Source: Bacteroidales bacterium
GTDB lineage: Bacteria > Bacteroidota > Bacteroidia > Bacteroidales > UBA3824
Reading direction: 5' to 3'
NCBI GenBank assembly: GCA_016286055.1
Contig: JAEERW010000016.1
Span: forward strand, 10,932 to 74,931
DNA: 64,000 bases
Positions 41,037-49,536 of this stretch are shown piece after piece. Numbering within the stretch: position 1 is the stretch's first letter; the number at the start of each line of letters is the position of its first letter. The translations under genes were made by a program, and so were the position numbers. The notes below the pieces were generated by a model. That model was not told the origin of the DNA. It did not search any database and saw only the letters and a program-made list of their open reading frames with translations.

Positions 41037-41765
41037 ATGACCACACAATTAACATACAATTATTCAGCAGCCGAAATAACATCGCGTTGTCGTCAGATAA
41101 TAGAACTTGTAGGCAACGACATGAAGCTATTTGCCAAATTTGGAGTAACAGAAAAAGAGCTTGAGACCCTTAAGAAAAAGATATCCGACTATGAAACCTT
41201 CCCCGAGGACAAAATCTTTGCCGAAAGAGTAAGCAGCAAAACACGTGTAAAAACAGAAAAAGAAGAAATTCTACGCGTAGAAATCAGAAACTTTCTGCTT
41301 CACATATCAATAGTGATAATCGGCAAACAGGAGATGAAAAAATATTTCAAAAGTCAGAAAATCACAGGCATACCCACAACCGCACTCATTGAGTTCGGAG
41401 AAAAAGTGGTAACTGTATCCAAAAAATTCAAATCTAAACTTTTGAATGTGGGTCTCAAAGAAGAGGACTTTGAAAACCTTAAAAACAACATCAAGCAGAC
41501 CAAAGCAGCAGTAAAAGAGCTTGAAAGCGTACGGGCAGAGCGTGTTAAAAACACAGCCCGTCGTCATGAGCTTGGAAAACAGCTGTACGAAAAACTCGTC
41601 AAGTTCAGCTCGTTGGGCAAAAATATCTGGAAAGGCAAAGACGAAGAGCAATACAAACGTTATCTATTGTACGCAGAGTATTACCAAAAAGTGAAAGACA
41701 AACGCGAGCAATACCTCAAAGAAAAAAAAGGAAAAGAGGCTAACAGTCAGAAAAATAAACAATAA
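41037..41765 (+). CDS. basic all-helical hypothetical protein with an internal two-fold repeat
   Basis: LFAKFGVTEKELETLK resembles LLNVGLKEEDFENLK; start moved to ATG 41037 because TACATTTG at 41009-41016 overlaps the GTG. Confidence 0.75.
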   Translation: MTTQLTYNYSAAEITSRCRQIIELVGNDMKLFAKFGVTEKELETLKKKISDYETFPEDKIFAERVSSKTRVKTEKEEILRVEIRNFLLHISIVIIGKQEMKKYFKSQKITGIPTTALIEFGEKVVTVSKKFKSKLLNVGLKEEDFENLKNNIKQTKAAVKELESVRAERVKNTARRHELGKQLYEKLVKFSSLGKNIWKGKDEEQYKRYLLYAEYYQKVKDKREQYLKEKKGKEANSQKNKQ

Positions 41766-41806
41766 GACCCAAATGCAAATATTTTTCAGTAAAAAGAGTA
41801 AAAAAA

Positions 41807-41838
41807 TTTGCAGCATTAAAAAATAACCGCTAATTTTG
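41807..41838 (+). promoter_or_regulatory. promoter of the tRNA-Phe pair
   Basis: TTTG, 20 nt spacer, TAATTTTG. Confidence 0.75.
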
Positions 41839-41853
41839 CACCGCAAAAAGCGA

Positions 41854-41926
41854 GGTACCATAGCTCAGTCGGTAGAGCAAAGGACTGAAAATCCTTGTGT
41901 CCCTGGTTCGATTCCCGGTGGTACCA
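41854..41926 (+). tRNA. tRNA-Phe(GAA)
   Basis: Cloverleaf with GGTACCA/TGGTACC acceptor stem, anticodon loop CTGAAAA, GGTTCGATTCC; no encoded CCA. Confidence 0.97.
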
Positions 41927-41956
41927 CACAACATAAATCCGATAACAATAATAATC

Positions 41957-42029
41957 GGTACCATAGCTCAGTCGGTAGAGCAAAGGACTGAAAATCCTTG
42001 TGTCCCTGGTTCGATTCCCGGTGGTACCA
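41957..42029 (+). tRNA. tRNA-Phe(GAA), identical second copy
   Basis: 73 nt identical to 41854-41926. Confidence 0.97.
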
Positions 42030-42036
42030 CCCTTAG

Positions 42037-42065
42037 AAGCCAAAGCAAATAGCTTTGGTTTTTTT
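42037..42065 (+). terminator. terminator after the tRNA-Phe pair
   Basis: AAGCCAAAGC/GCTTTGGTTT stem plus T tract. Confidence 0.75.
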
Positions 42066-42098
42066 GTGTCGATACATTTCCATCATAAAAAAATTGAC

Positions 42099-42134
42099 AA
42101 AAAAAAGTTCCACAGACTTTTGTCTGTGGAACTT
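42099..42134 (-). terminator. terminator after tRNA-Gln
   Basis: AAGTTCCACAGAC/GTCTGTGGAACTT perfect stem with an A tract on the left. Confidence 0.8.
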
Positions 42135-42135
42135 G

Positions 42136-42206
42136 TAGACCTATGGGGATTCGAACCTCAACTAACAGAACCAAAATCTGCTGTGCTACCATTACACCAT
42201 AGGTCT
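42136..42206 (-). tRNA. tRNA-Gln(TTG)
   Basis: Reverse complement AGACCTA..GCAGA-TTTTGGT-TCTGT..GGTTCGAATCC..TAGGTCT-A; TACCTTTG promoter at 42243-42250 (minus). Confidence 0.93.
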
Positions 42207-42400
42207 ATACCAAACGTCAAATTGCTTTCGCTTTTGACGGCGCAAAGGTAGATATTATTTTTTTATTCCAAAATTTTTTCTGAACTTTTTTTCACAATAT
42301 TGCAAAAAATGTGTATTCAATAGTTTGTGGGGCATCATTAAAAATTTTTTTTTAATTATAAAATAATAGTTTTATTTTTGCCGCATTATTAAAATAAGTA

Positions 42401-45400
42401 ATGAAACAATTTAAACTATACAACAAGATTGCAGGCTGGGCGACGTTCACAATTGCGGCTCTCACATACCTGCTCACTATTGAACCCACGGCCAGTTTTT
42501 GGGATTGTGGAGAATTTATAGCCACGGCTGTAAAATTAGAAGTGGGACACCCACCAGGAGCACCTCTCTGGATGATTATAGGACGTGTGGCAGCGTTGTT
42601 CGCATGTGGCGACGTCACAAAAATGGCAATGATGGTAAACGCCGCAGCGGCTTTGGCAAGCGCGTTCACCGTGCTGTTTCTCTTCTGGAGTATAACACAC
42701 ATAGCCCGCAAACTCATCAACAATATATATTATAAAGGTGTAAAAGATGAAAAAAGCATCAGCTACACTATGCACGAAAACGTTATCATGCTTGCAAGCG
42801 GCGTGGTGGGTTCGCTCATCTATTGCTTCTGCGACACGGCATGGTTCTCAGCGGTAGAGGGCGAAGTATACAGTATGTCGAGTTTATTTACTGCTGTGGT
42901 ATTCTGGTGCATTCTCAAATGGGAGGAGTGTGCCGACGAAAAATACGCCAACCGCTGGATAATATTAATTTGCTACCTGATGGGATTGTCAATAGGCGTG
43001 CACCTGCTCAACCTTTTGGTAATACCCGCTATTGTATTTGTATATTACTACAAAAAATACAAAACCACACAACGTGGAACTATCACTGCGTTAGGCATTT
43101 CGCTCATATTATTAGTAGCGATACTTTATGGTATCATTCCACAGTCGGTTAAGATTTCAGCATATTTCGACCTCCTGTTTGTCAACGTCTTTGGAATGAG
43201 CTATCTCTCTGGAACATTGTTTTTTGTGATAGTGCTTGCAGCAGGACTTTCGTTCCTTATATGGTGGAGCCACAAAAAGAAAAAAGTGCTTCTCAACACC
43301 ATAGCACTTGGCGCGGCAGTAATGTTTATAGGCTACGGCACATTTGCCATGACTGTAATACGAGCATGCGCTAATCCTCCGATGAATGAGAACAGTCCCG
43401 ACAACGGATTCAGCCTTCTCTCCTACCTCAACCGTGAGCAATATGGCGACTGTCCGCTAATCTACGGCAATTACTACAACGCCGACGTAACAGACCAGAT
43501 ACAGCTTTACACCTACATAGCCCAAGACGGCAAGTATGTACAAGCCGCCAAAACCAATCCCGAATATGTATATGACGCTGAGCATTGTGGATTCTTTCCA
43601 CGTATGTACAGTCAAAACCCAAGCCATATCTCAGGCTACAAAAGCTGGGCAAACATCGACTCGTCGAATCCTACGCAGCGGCCATCATTCGCCGACAACT
43701 TAGCATTCTTCTTTAAATATCAGCTGGGGCATATGTATTTCCGCTATTTTATGTGGAACTTTTCAGGTCGTCAAAACGACATACAAAGCCACGGTAGCTA
43801 TATTAATGGCAACTGGATAACCGGATTCGATTTTTTAGACAGCCTAAGGCTTGGCGACCAAAGCGACCTTCCCGATCGACTAAAAAACAATCCAGCTCGA
43901 AACGCTTACTACCTATTGCCATTGATTTTAGGATTTTTGGGCTTGTTTGCTGGATTTAACCACGACCAGAAAAACTGCTTTGTAATATTTCTGTTTTTTA
44001 TCTTAACAGGTGTAGCCATAGTAGTTTATCTCAACCAAACGCCGTATCAGCCCCGTGAACGTGACTACGCTTACGCAGGATCATTCTACGCATTTTCCAT
44101 CTGGTGCGGATTAGGTGTGGCAGGTATTTATGCATTTTTCCGACGCAAATTGAGCAAAATTAATATGATGCCAGCAACTGCGATAATCGCAGGCGCCTGC
44201 TTGATAGTGCCGATAGAAATGGCATGTCAAAACTGGGACGACCACGACCGTTCTAACCGTTACACATGCCGCGATTTTGCTCGCAACTATCTAGAATCGT
44301 GCGCACCTAACGCCATACTATTCACCTTTGGCGACAACGACACATTCCCGTTGTGGTACGCTCAAGAAGTAGAAGGAATACGAACCGACGTGCGCGTGGT
44401 AAACCTTTCGCTTGCCGGCACCGACTGGTATTTAAAGCAGACTATGGAGAAAAAATACGATTCCGACCCCGTTGACTTCATAATCAAAGCCGATCAATAC
44501 GCAGTAAACAAACGCAATGTGGCACTTGTGTACACCGACAATCCAACAGTGTATCTCAACGACAAGATATCAAGCAATCCTAAAGAGGTGCAAGAGATTG
44601 TAAGCCCATTCTTCAACGAGTTTGTTAAAACAGTATCAAACAGCAAGTTTCCGCAACTTTACGCCAAAGATTACGAAACCATAACACAATCGCAAGATGC
44701 AATATCACCACTGCAATTGATAGCTTTGGTGCAAACACTCGCAAAAAATCCGACAACCGTGTTTGGCACCAACACCGAAGGTATCAACAACCTCAATGCT
44801 AAAGTTCCCACTCTGCTAAAAAAATTGTGTGACCTGCCCGCACCAATACAAAGCGTGGTATCGCTACTAGCATCTGACAATGAGAAAGATAAGATACCAT
44901 TACAATCGGGTGAAACTATCAACTATATAGGTTCGCGCAATATTTCTATTCCTGTAAATAAGGAAAACTGCATTGCCAACGGCACACTCAGCGCCAACAA
45001 TGCCGACCGTGCTGAAGACAAAATAGTAATCAACATCTCAAAAACTTATTTCCTTAAAAACGACATAGCTGTATTCGACATCATTGCAGCAAACGACTGG
45101 AAACGCCCCATCTATTTTGCAGCAAGCGGTAGCATCGACGATTATTACGGTTTAGACAAATATTTCAGACTTGAAGGATTTGCTTACCGAGTAGTGCCAT
45201 ACACCATCCACAAGGAAGACGAAACTGAGGTGGGAGAAGTTGACGGCGACATAATGTACAACAACGTGATGAACAAATTCCGCTGGGGCAATATGGGCAG
45301 CGACAAGGTAACTATAGAAGAAAACAATCGCCGCCAAATCAACATCATAGGTATAAGAGAAATGTGTGCTCGCCTTGCAACACAGCTTGTAAAAGAAGGC

Positions 45401-45739
45401 AAAAAAGAGAAAGCACAAGAGGTGATAAACAAATGCTTAGAGATAACACCATCGCATCAGGTATATTACGACCAGTCGATGCTTCCTTTGGTAAACGCTA
45501 TGTACAATGCCGGAATGGAACAACAAGCCGCCGAAATATCACAAAAGATTGGCGACGAATACAACAGCATACTCCAGCACTATATCACACTAAAAAACGA
45601 TGGTATAATCGAAACCCGCGAGGCTAACATTGGAGTAGCCATTATAGCTCAGCTGGCTCAATACGCTATTATAAACAACCAAGAGACAGCTGCAAATAAA
45701 CTCAGAGCATTGTACGACAAATACAGCTCTATGTTTTAA
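42401..45739 (+). CDS. DUF2723 / TMEM260-like polytopic membrane glycosyltransferase
   Basis: SFWDCGEFI, HPPGAP, AVEGEVY, PRERDY, GDNDTFPLWY motifs. Confidence 0.88.
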   Translation: MKQFKLYNKIAGWATFTIAALTYLLTIEPTASFWDCGEFIATAVKLEVGHPPGAPLWMIIGRVAALFACGDVTKMAMMVNAAAALASAFTVLFLFWSITHIARKLINNIYYKGVKDEKSISYTMHENVIMLASGVVGSLIYCFCDTAWFSAVEGEVYSMSSLFTAVVFWCILKWEECADEKYANRWIILICYLMGLSIGVHLLNLLVIPAIVFVYYYKKYKTTQRGTITALGISLILLVAILYGIIPQSVKISAYFDLLFVNVFGMSYLSGTLFFVIVLAAGLSFLIWWSHKKKKVLLNTIALGAAVMFIGYGTFAMTVIRACANPPMNENSPDNGFSLLSYLNREQYGDCPLIYGNYYNADVTDQIQLYTYIAQDGKYVQAAKTNPEYVYDAEHCGFFPRMYSQNPSHISGYKSWANIDSSNPTQRPSFADNLAFFFKYQLGHMYFRYFMWNFSGRQNDIQSHGSYINGNWITGFDFLDSLRLGDQSDLPDRLKNNPARNAYYLLPLILGFLGLFAGFNHDQKNCFVIFLFFILTGVAIVVYLNQTPYQPRERDYAYAGSFYAFSIWCGLGVAGIYAFFRRKLSKINMMPATAIIAGACLIVPIEMACQNWDDHDRSNRYTCRDFARNYLESCAPNAILFTFGDNDTFPLWYAQEVEGIRTDVRVVNLSLAGTDWYLKQTMEKKYDSDPVDFIIKADQYAVNKRNVALVYTDNPTVYLNDKISSNPKEVQEIVSPFFNEFVKTVSNSKFPQLYAKDYETITQSQDAISPLQLIALVQTLAKNPTTVFGTNTEGINNLNAKVPTLLKKLCDLPAPIQSVVSLLASDNEKDKIPLQSGETINYIGSRNISIPVNKENCIANGTLSANNADRAEDKIVINISKTYFLKNDIAVFDIIAANDWKRPIYFAASGSIDDYYGLDKYFRLEGFAYRVVPYTIHKEDETEVGEVDGDIMYNNVMNKFRWGNMGSDKVTIEENNRRQINIIGIREMCARLATQLVKEGKKEKAQEVINKCLEITPSHQVYYDQSMLPLVNAMYNAGMEQQAAEISQKIGDEYNSILQHYITLKNDGIIETREANIGVAIIAQLAQYAIINNQETAANKLRALYDKYSSMF

Positions 45740-45794
45740 AACAGATTCCAATTCTTTTAGTTTTCATAATTTTTAATGTTTTTTTTACCCCAAA

Positions 45795-45828
45795 AAGGGA
45801 CTGATGCGAATCGGTCCCTTATTTTTTT
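45795..45828 (+). terminator. intrinsic terminator
   Basis: AAGGGACTGA/TCGGTCCCTT stem plus T tract. Confidence 0.7.
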
Positions 45829-45882
45829 ATTTCCACAAAAAACACTTTATTTGCAAAGCAAAAAACATATAAAGTTACATCT

Positions 45883-46863
45883 ATGGAAAACAACAATACC
45901 GAAATCACACATAATCCTCAGCCCCTATTTTCAAGGGCGTTTGCATACGATGGCAGAATCCGACGCTTAGAATATTGCCTGTCGTTTGTAATAGGTGTAA
46001 TTATAGTAATGGCCACAGTATATCTGCCTGAATATATCTACACCATGGAATTAAAGAGCAGTGTAAATGCAAATAAGCCATTATTTCTATTAGAAAGGTC
46101 AACTACAATGATGTTTGTAAATCTTCTATGCGAATGGATATATTGCATCACTTGTTGGTTTATGTTGGCACAGAGCACAAAACGATGCCACGATATAGGA
46201 GAAACTGGATGGATGCAGTTCATCCCTATTTATAACCTAAAACTATTCTTTGTAAAAAGCAACAGCGACGTTAATCGCTACGGCTACCCTCCAAAAAAAA
46301 GAATAAGTGTTGACAGTAATTTGATCCATAAGAATATCATTAAAGAAAATAATACTTTGGTTACCGTTTATCTTTTGGTGATGATTTTCTTACATAGCGA
46401 CTTATTAACCCAAATAGCACAATTTATAAGAACCTCAGATATCTTCCACTATATTTCATTTATGGATTTGTTAATACTATTAATATATAATAGTATTAAA
46501 TTTATTTCCCTAATTGGATTTGTTTTGGTGTTTCACTACAAGAAAATTGGATTTTACATCGCCACTATGGCAAGCTCCATTTTACTTTTGATCAGTGTTT
46601 ATTATACATCGGATAGTTCATCCGAAGAATCGATAGGATTATATCAAATATTTTTATGGACTTTCCGCATTATAGGTTCATTCGGCTTCTTAGCACTCTT
46701 TCCAATACTCAACATTAGGAAAAACGGAGAATCTGTTTGGGAAAAAATGGAGCCAAGTTTAAATAATACCGATTGGAAATCATTCCTCCTATATTTATTC
46801 ACATTTCAAATAGCGATGCTGTTCGAATATTTAGCTCATATACTCTTTCGTATCCTAAATTAA
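45883..46863 (+). CDS. DUF805-domain membrane protein with extra C-terminal TM region
   Basis: GRIRRLEY, KRCHDIG..GW, N.YG.PP motifs; more AT-rich than neighbours. Confidence 0.8.
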   Translation: MENNNTEITHNPQPLFSRAFAYDGRIRRLEYCLSFVIGVIIVMATVYLPEYIYTMELKSSVNANKPLFLLERSTTMMFVNLLCEWIYCITCWFMLAQSTKRCHDIGETGWMQFIPIYNLKLFFVKSNSDVNRYGYPPKKRISVDSNLIHKNIIKENNTLVTVYLLVMIFLHSDLLTQIAQFIRTSDIFHYISFMDLLILLIYNSIKFISLIGFVLVFHYKKIGFYIATMASSILLLISVYYTSDSSSEESIGLYQIFLWTFRIIGSFGFLALFPILNIRKNGESVWEKMEPSLNNTDWKSFLLYLFTFQIAMLFEYLAHILFRILN

Positions 46864-46997
46864 TAAATCAAACCTTGATTCTAAGACAAAAAAAACAATG
46901 TAAATTATTGTTAATTATTGCAATTATAGTGTAGGTTTTTCAAAAATGTAATGTATCTTTGCATCCTGAAATCGGGCAGGAAAAAACAAACAAAAAA

Positions 46998-49460
46998 ATG
47001 AAAAACCTTAACAAGATTAACCTATTGACCGCCCTTCTGCTTATTGCATCGAGTCTTTCGGCTCAGACCAAAGTCAGGGGGATAGTTACCGATGCGTCCA
47101 CAGGTGAACCATTGCCGTTTGCCAACGTGGTTTTGGTGGGTACCACAGTAGGAACTATCACCGACCCCGAAGGCAACTACAATCTGCAAACAAACCAAAA
47201 ATGCGATTCCATTTCGTTCTCGATGCTCGGCTACCAAACCTACACATTGCCAATATCATCAGGTTCATATCAAGAAATCAACGTACAGCTGATTCAAGGC
47301 GACCTTATGCTCAACGAAATAGTGATACACCCAGGCGAAAATCCTGCTTGGCGTATTATGCGCAACGTGGAGGCCAACCGCAAAAAAAACAATCCCGACA
47401 AGCTACAAAGCTACAAGTTTCAGTGTTACAACAAGATGGAAATCGACCTCAACAACGTCAAAGACGGCCTAACTAAAAAGGGCGTTATGAAAAACTTTGA
47501 CTTTGTGATGAACTACGCCGACACATCAGCCGAAACTGGAAAAGTTTTTCTTCCTGTGTTTATAACAGAAACACTTTCAGATGTTTACTGCAAATCATCT
47601 CCACTAAAAAAGAAAGAGGTGATAACCGCAAGCAGAGTATCTGGCGTTGAAAGTAGCAACGTGTCACAGTTTACCGGACAAATGTTTATCGATGTTAATA
47701 TCTACAAAAACTACATCCCCGCATTTGGACACGAATTTGTATCACCTGTATCAGACTATTGGAAAGCCAATTACAAATATTATCTATTGGATTCGCTCTA
47801 CGAAGACGGGCACTACCTTTATCATTTGGCCTTTAAACCAAAACGCAAACAGGAATTTACATTCAACGGCGAACTCTGGATCAACGACTCTACCTGGGCT
47901 GTAAAAAAAGTTAAGGCAAAATTAAGCAACGGTGTAAACATCAACTTTGTAAACGACCTTAATATTACACAAGAATACGCCTTTGTAGATTCAGTATGGT
48001 TTTTACAAAAAGAAGAGCTATTTGTAGACTTCAACCTCGCCGACAGCACAATGGGATTTTTTGGACGCCGCACCGTATCGCGCAAGAATATCGAAATAAA
48101 TCCAGAATTTGAACCCGGCACATTTTCGGCATCTGCCAACGACGAAACCATAGTTCTCGACGATGCGCTCAATCACGACACCGCTTTTTGGAACACCGAA
48201 CGACACGAAAAACTCACCCAAAAAGAACAAGACATATACATAATGGTAGATTCCATCAAGGAAGTACCTATTTTTCATACCATTACAAACACAATCAATA
48301 TGTTTGTAACAGGATATTGGACACACTCTTGGTGGGAAATGGGTCCATATTTCAAATTCTATAGCCACAATCCTATAGAGGGTCACAGATTTCGTTTTGG
48401 AGGTCGCACCAGCAACCAATTCAGCACCGACATTATGTTTAATGCCCATATTGCATACGGCACAAGAGACCAGAAATTTAAATATGGCGGCGGATTCATG
48501 TATATGGTAAACAAAAATCCGCGTAGGGTAATTGAAATGCAGTATAAATACGACTACGAGCAACTTGGACAGTCGATCAATGCTTTTTCGGAAGACAATA
48601 TCCTTTCAAACCTTTTGGCACGTCGCGAAAACGACCATCTGTTGCTTGTTCAGGAACTTTATTACAACTACGAACACGAATATTTTCAAGGCTTTTCAAA
48701 CACTGTGGGCGGAAAATACCGCAAGTTATACCCATCGGAGGTGATACCGTTTAGAAACGAAGTGTTGCAAACCGATATGAAAAACATAACAAGTTTTGAA
48801 ATAAGCCTCAACACCCATTTCTGTTACAACGAAAAATTTGTGGCAGGAGAGTTTCTGCGCCGAAGCATGTCGAGCGATTATCCAGCACTCGATATCACCG
48901 CTACCATAGGTTTTTGGAACAACAAAGGCAGCTACGACCATTATTTCAGAATTACCTCGTCTATACAACAACAGGTGTCAATAAGTCCAATAGGAAAGCT
49001 CAAATATCTTATTGAGGCTGGCAAAATAATTGGCACAGTGCCATTTCCGCTGCTAAAACTACACGAAGGCAACGAAACATACGCATTCGACACATACGCC
49101 TTCAATATGATGAACCTCTACGAGTTTGCCTCCGACACATACCTAAGCGCAACGCTCGAACACCATTTCAACGGATTTTTCCTCAACCGCATTCCCCTTA
49201 TGCGCAAACTCAAATGGCGCGAAGTAGCTTACGCCAAAGGACTTGTGGGCGACATTTCTGATAATAACAGCCGCGAAAACGCACTTCTCGACTTTCCGTC
49301 AACACTCGGCGATGTAAACAAACCATACGCGGAAGTGGGTGTGGGAATAGAAAACATATTCAAATTTTTCCGCGTAGACGCTATCTGGCGACTCACTCAC
49401 TTAGACAATCCTGACATCACCAAATTTGCCATTATGTGCAAGGTGCAATGCTATTTTTAA
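46998..49460 (+). CDS. carboxypeptidase-regulatory-like domain + DUF5686 outer-membrane protein
   Basis: G.VTD..TGEPLPFANV, YNK.E.D, PYAEVGVGIENIFK.FRVD motifs; start at ATG 46998; TATCTTTG promoter at 46954-46961. Confidence 0.85.
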   Translation: MKNLNKINLLTALLLIASSLSAQTKVRGIVTDASTGEPLPFANVVLVGTTVGTITDPEGNYNLQTNQKCDSISFSMLGYQTYTLPISSGSYQEINVQLIQGDLMLNEIVIHPGENPAWRIMRNVEANRKKNNPDKLQSYKFQCYNKMEIDLNNVKDGLTKKGVMKNFDFVMNYADTSAETGKVFLPVFITETLSDVYCKSSPLKKKEVITASRVSGVESSNVSQFTGQMFIDVNIYKNYIPAFGHEFVSPVSDYWKANYKYYLLDSLYEDGHYLYHLAFKPKRKQEFTFNGELWINDSTWAVKKVKAKLSNGVNINFVNDLNITQEYAFVDSVWFLQKEELFVDFNLADSTMGFFGRRTVSRKNIEINPEFEPGTFSASANDETIVLDDALNHDTAFWNTERHEKLTQKEQDIYIMVDSIKEVPIFHTITNTINMFVTGYWTHSWWEMGPYFKFYSHNPIEGHRFRFGGRTSNQFSTDIMFNAHIAYGTRDQKFKYGGGFMYMVNKNPRRVIEMQYKYDYEQLGQSINAFSEDNILSNLLARRENDHLLLVQELYYNYEHEYFQGFSNTVGGKYRKLYPSEVIPFRNEVLQTDMKNITSFEISLNTHFCYNEKFVAGEFLRRSMSSDYPALDITATIGFWNNKGSYDHYFRITSSIQQQVSISPIGKLKYLIEAGKIIGTVPFPLLKLHEGNETYAFDTYAFNMMNLYEFASDTYLSATLEHHFNGFFLNRIPLMRKLKWREVAYAKGLVGDISDNNSRENALLDFPSTLGDVNKPYAEVGVGIENIFKFFRVDAIWRLTHLDNPDITKFAIMCKVQCYF

Positions 49461-49536
49461 AAAAATCCCAAAAAAATACACATTATATTATTTTTTTGTT
49501 GTATCTTTAAGCGCAATTTTATAAGCGCATAATCCG

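Noticed and set aside
41854-42029. 73 nt direct repeat with a 30 nt spacer, considered as a CRISPR array or att-site duplication
   Set aside because: Both copies are full tRNA-Phe genes under one promoter and terminator; no cas or integrase nearby
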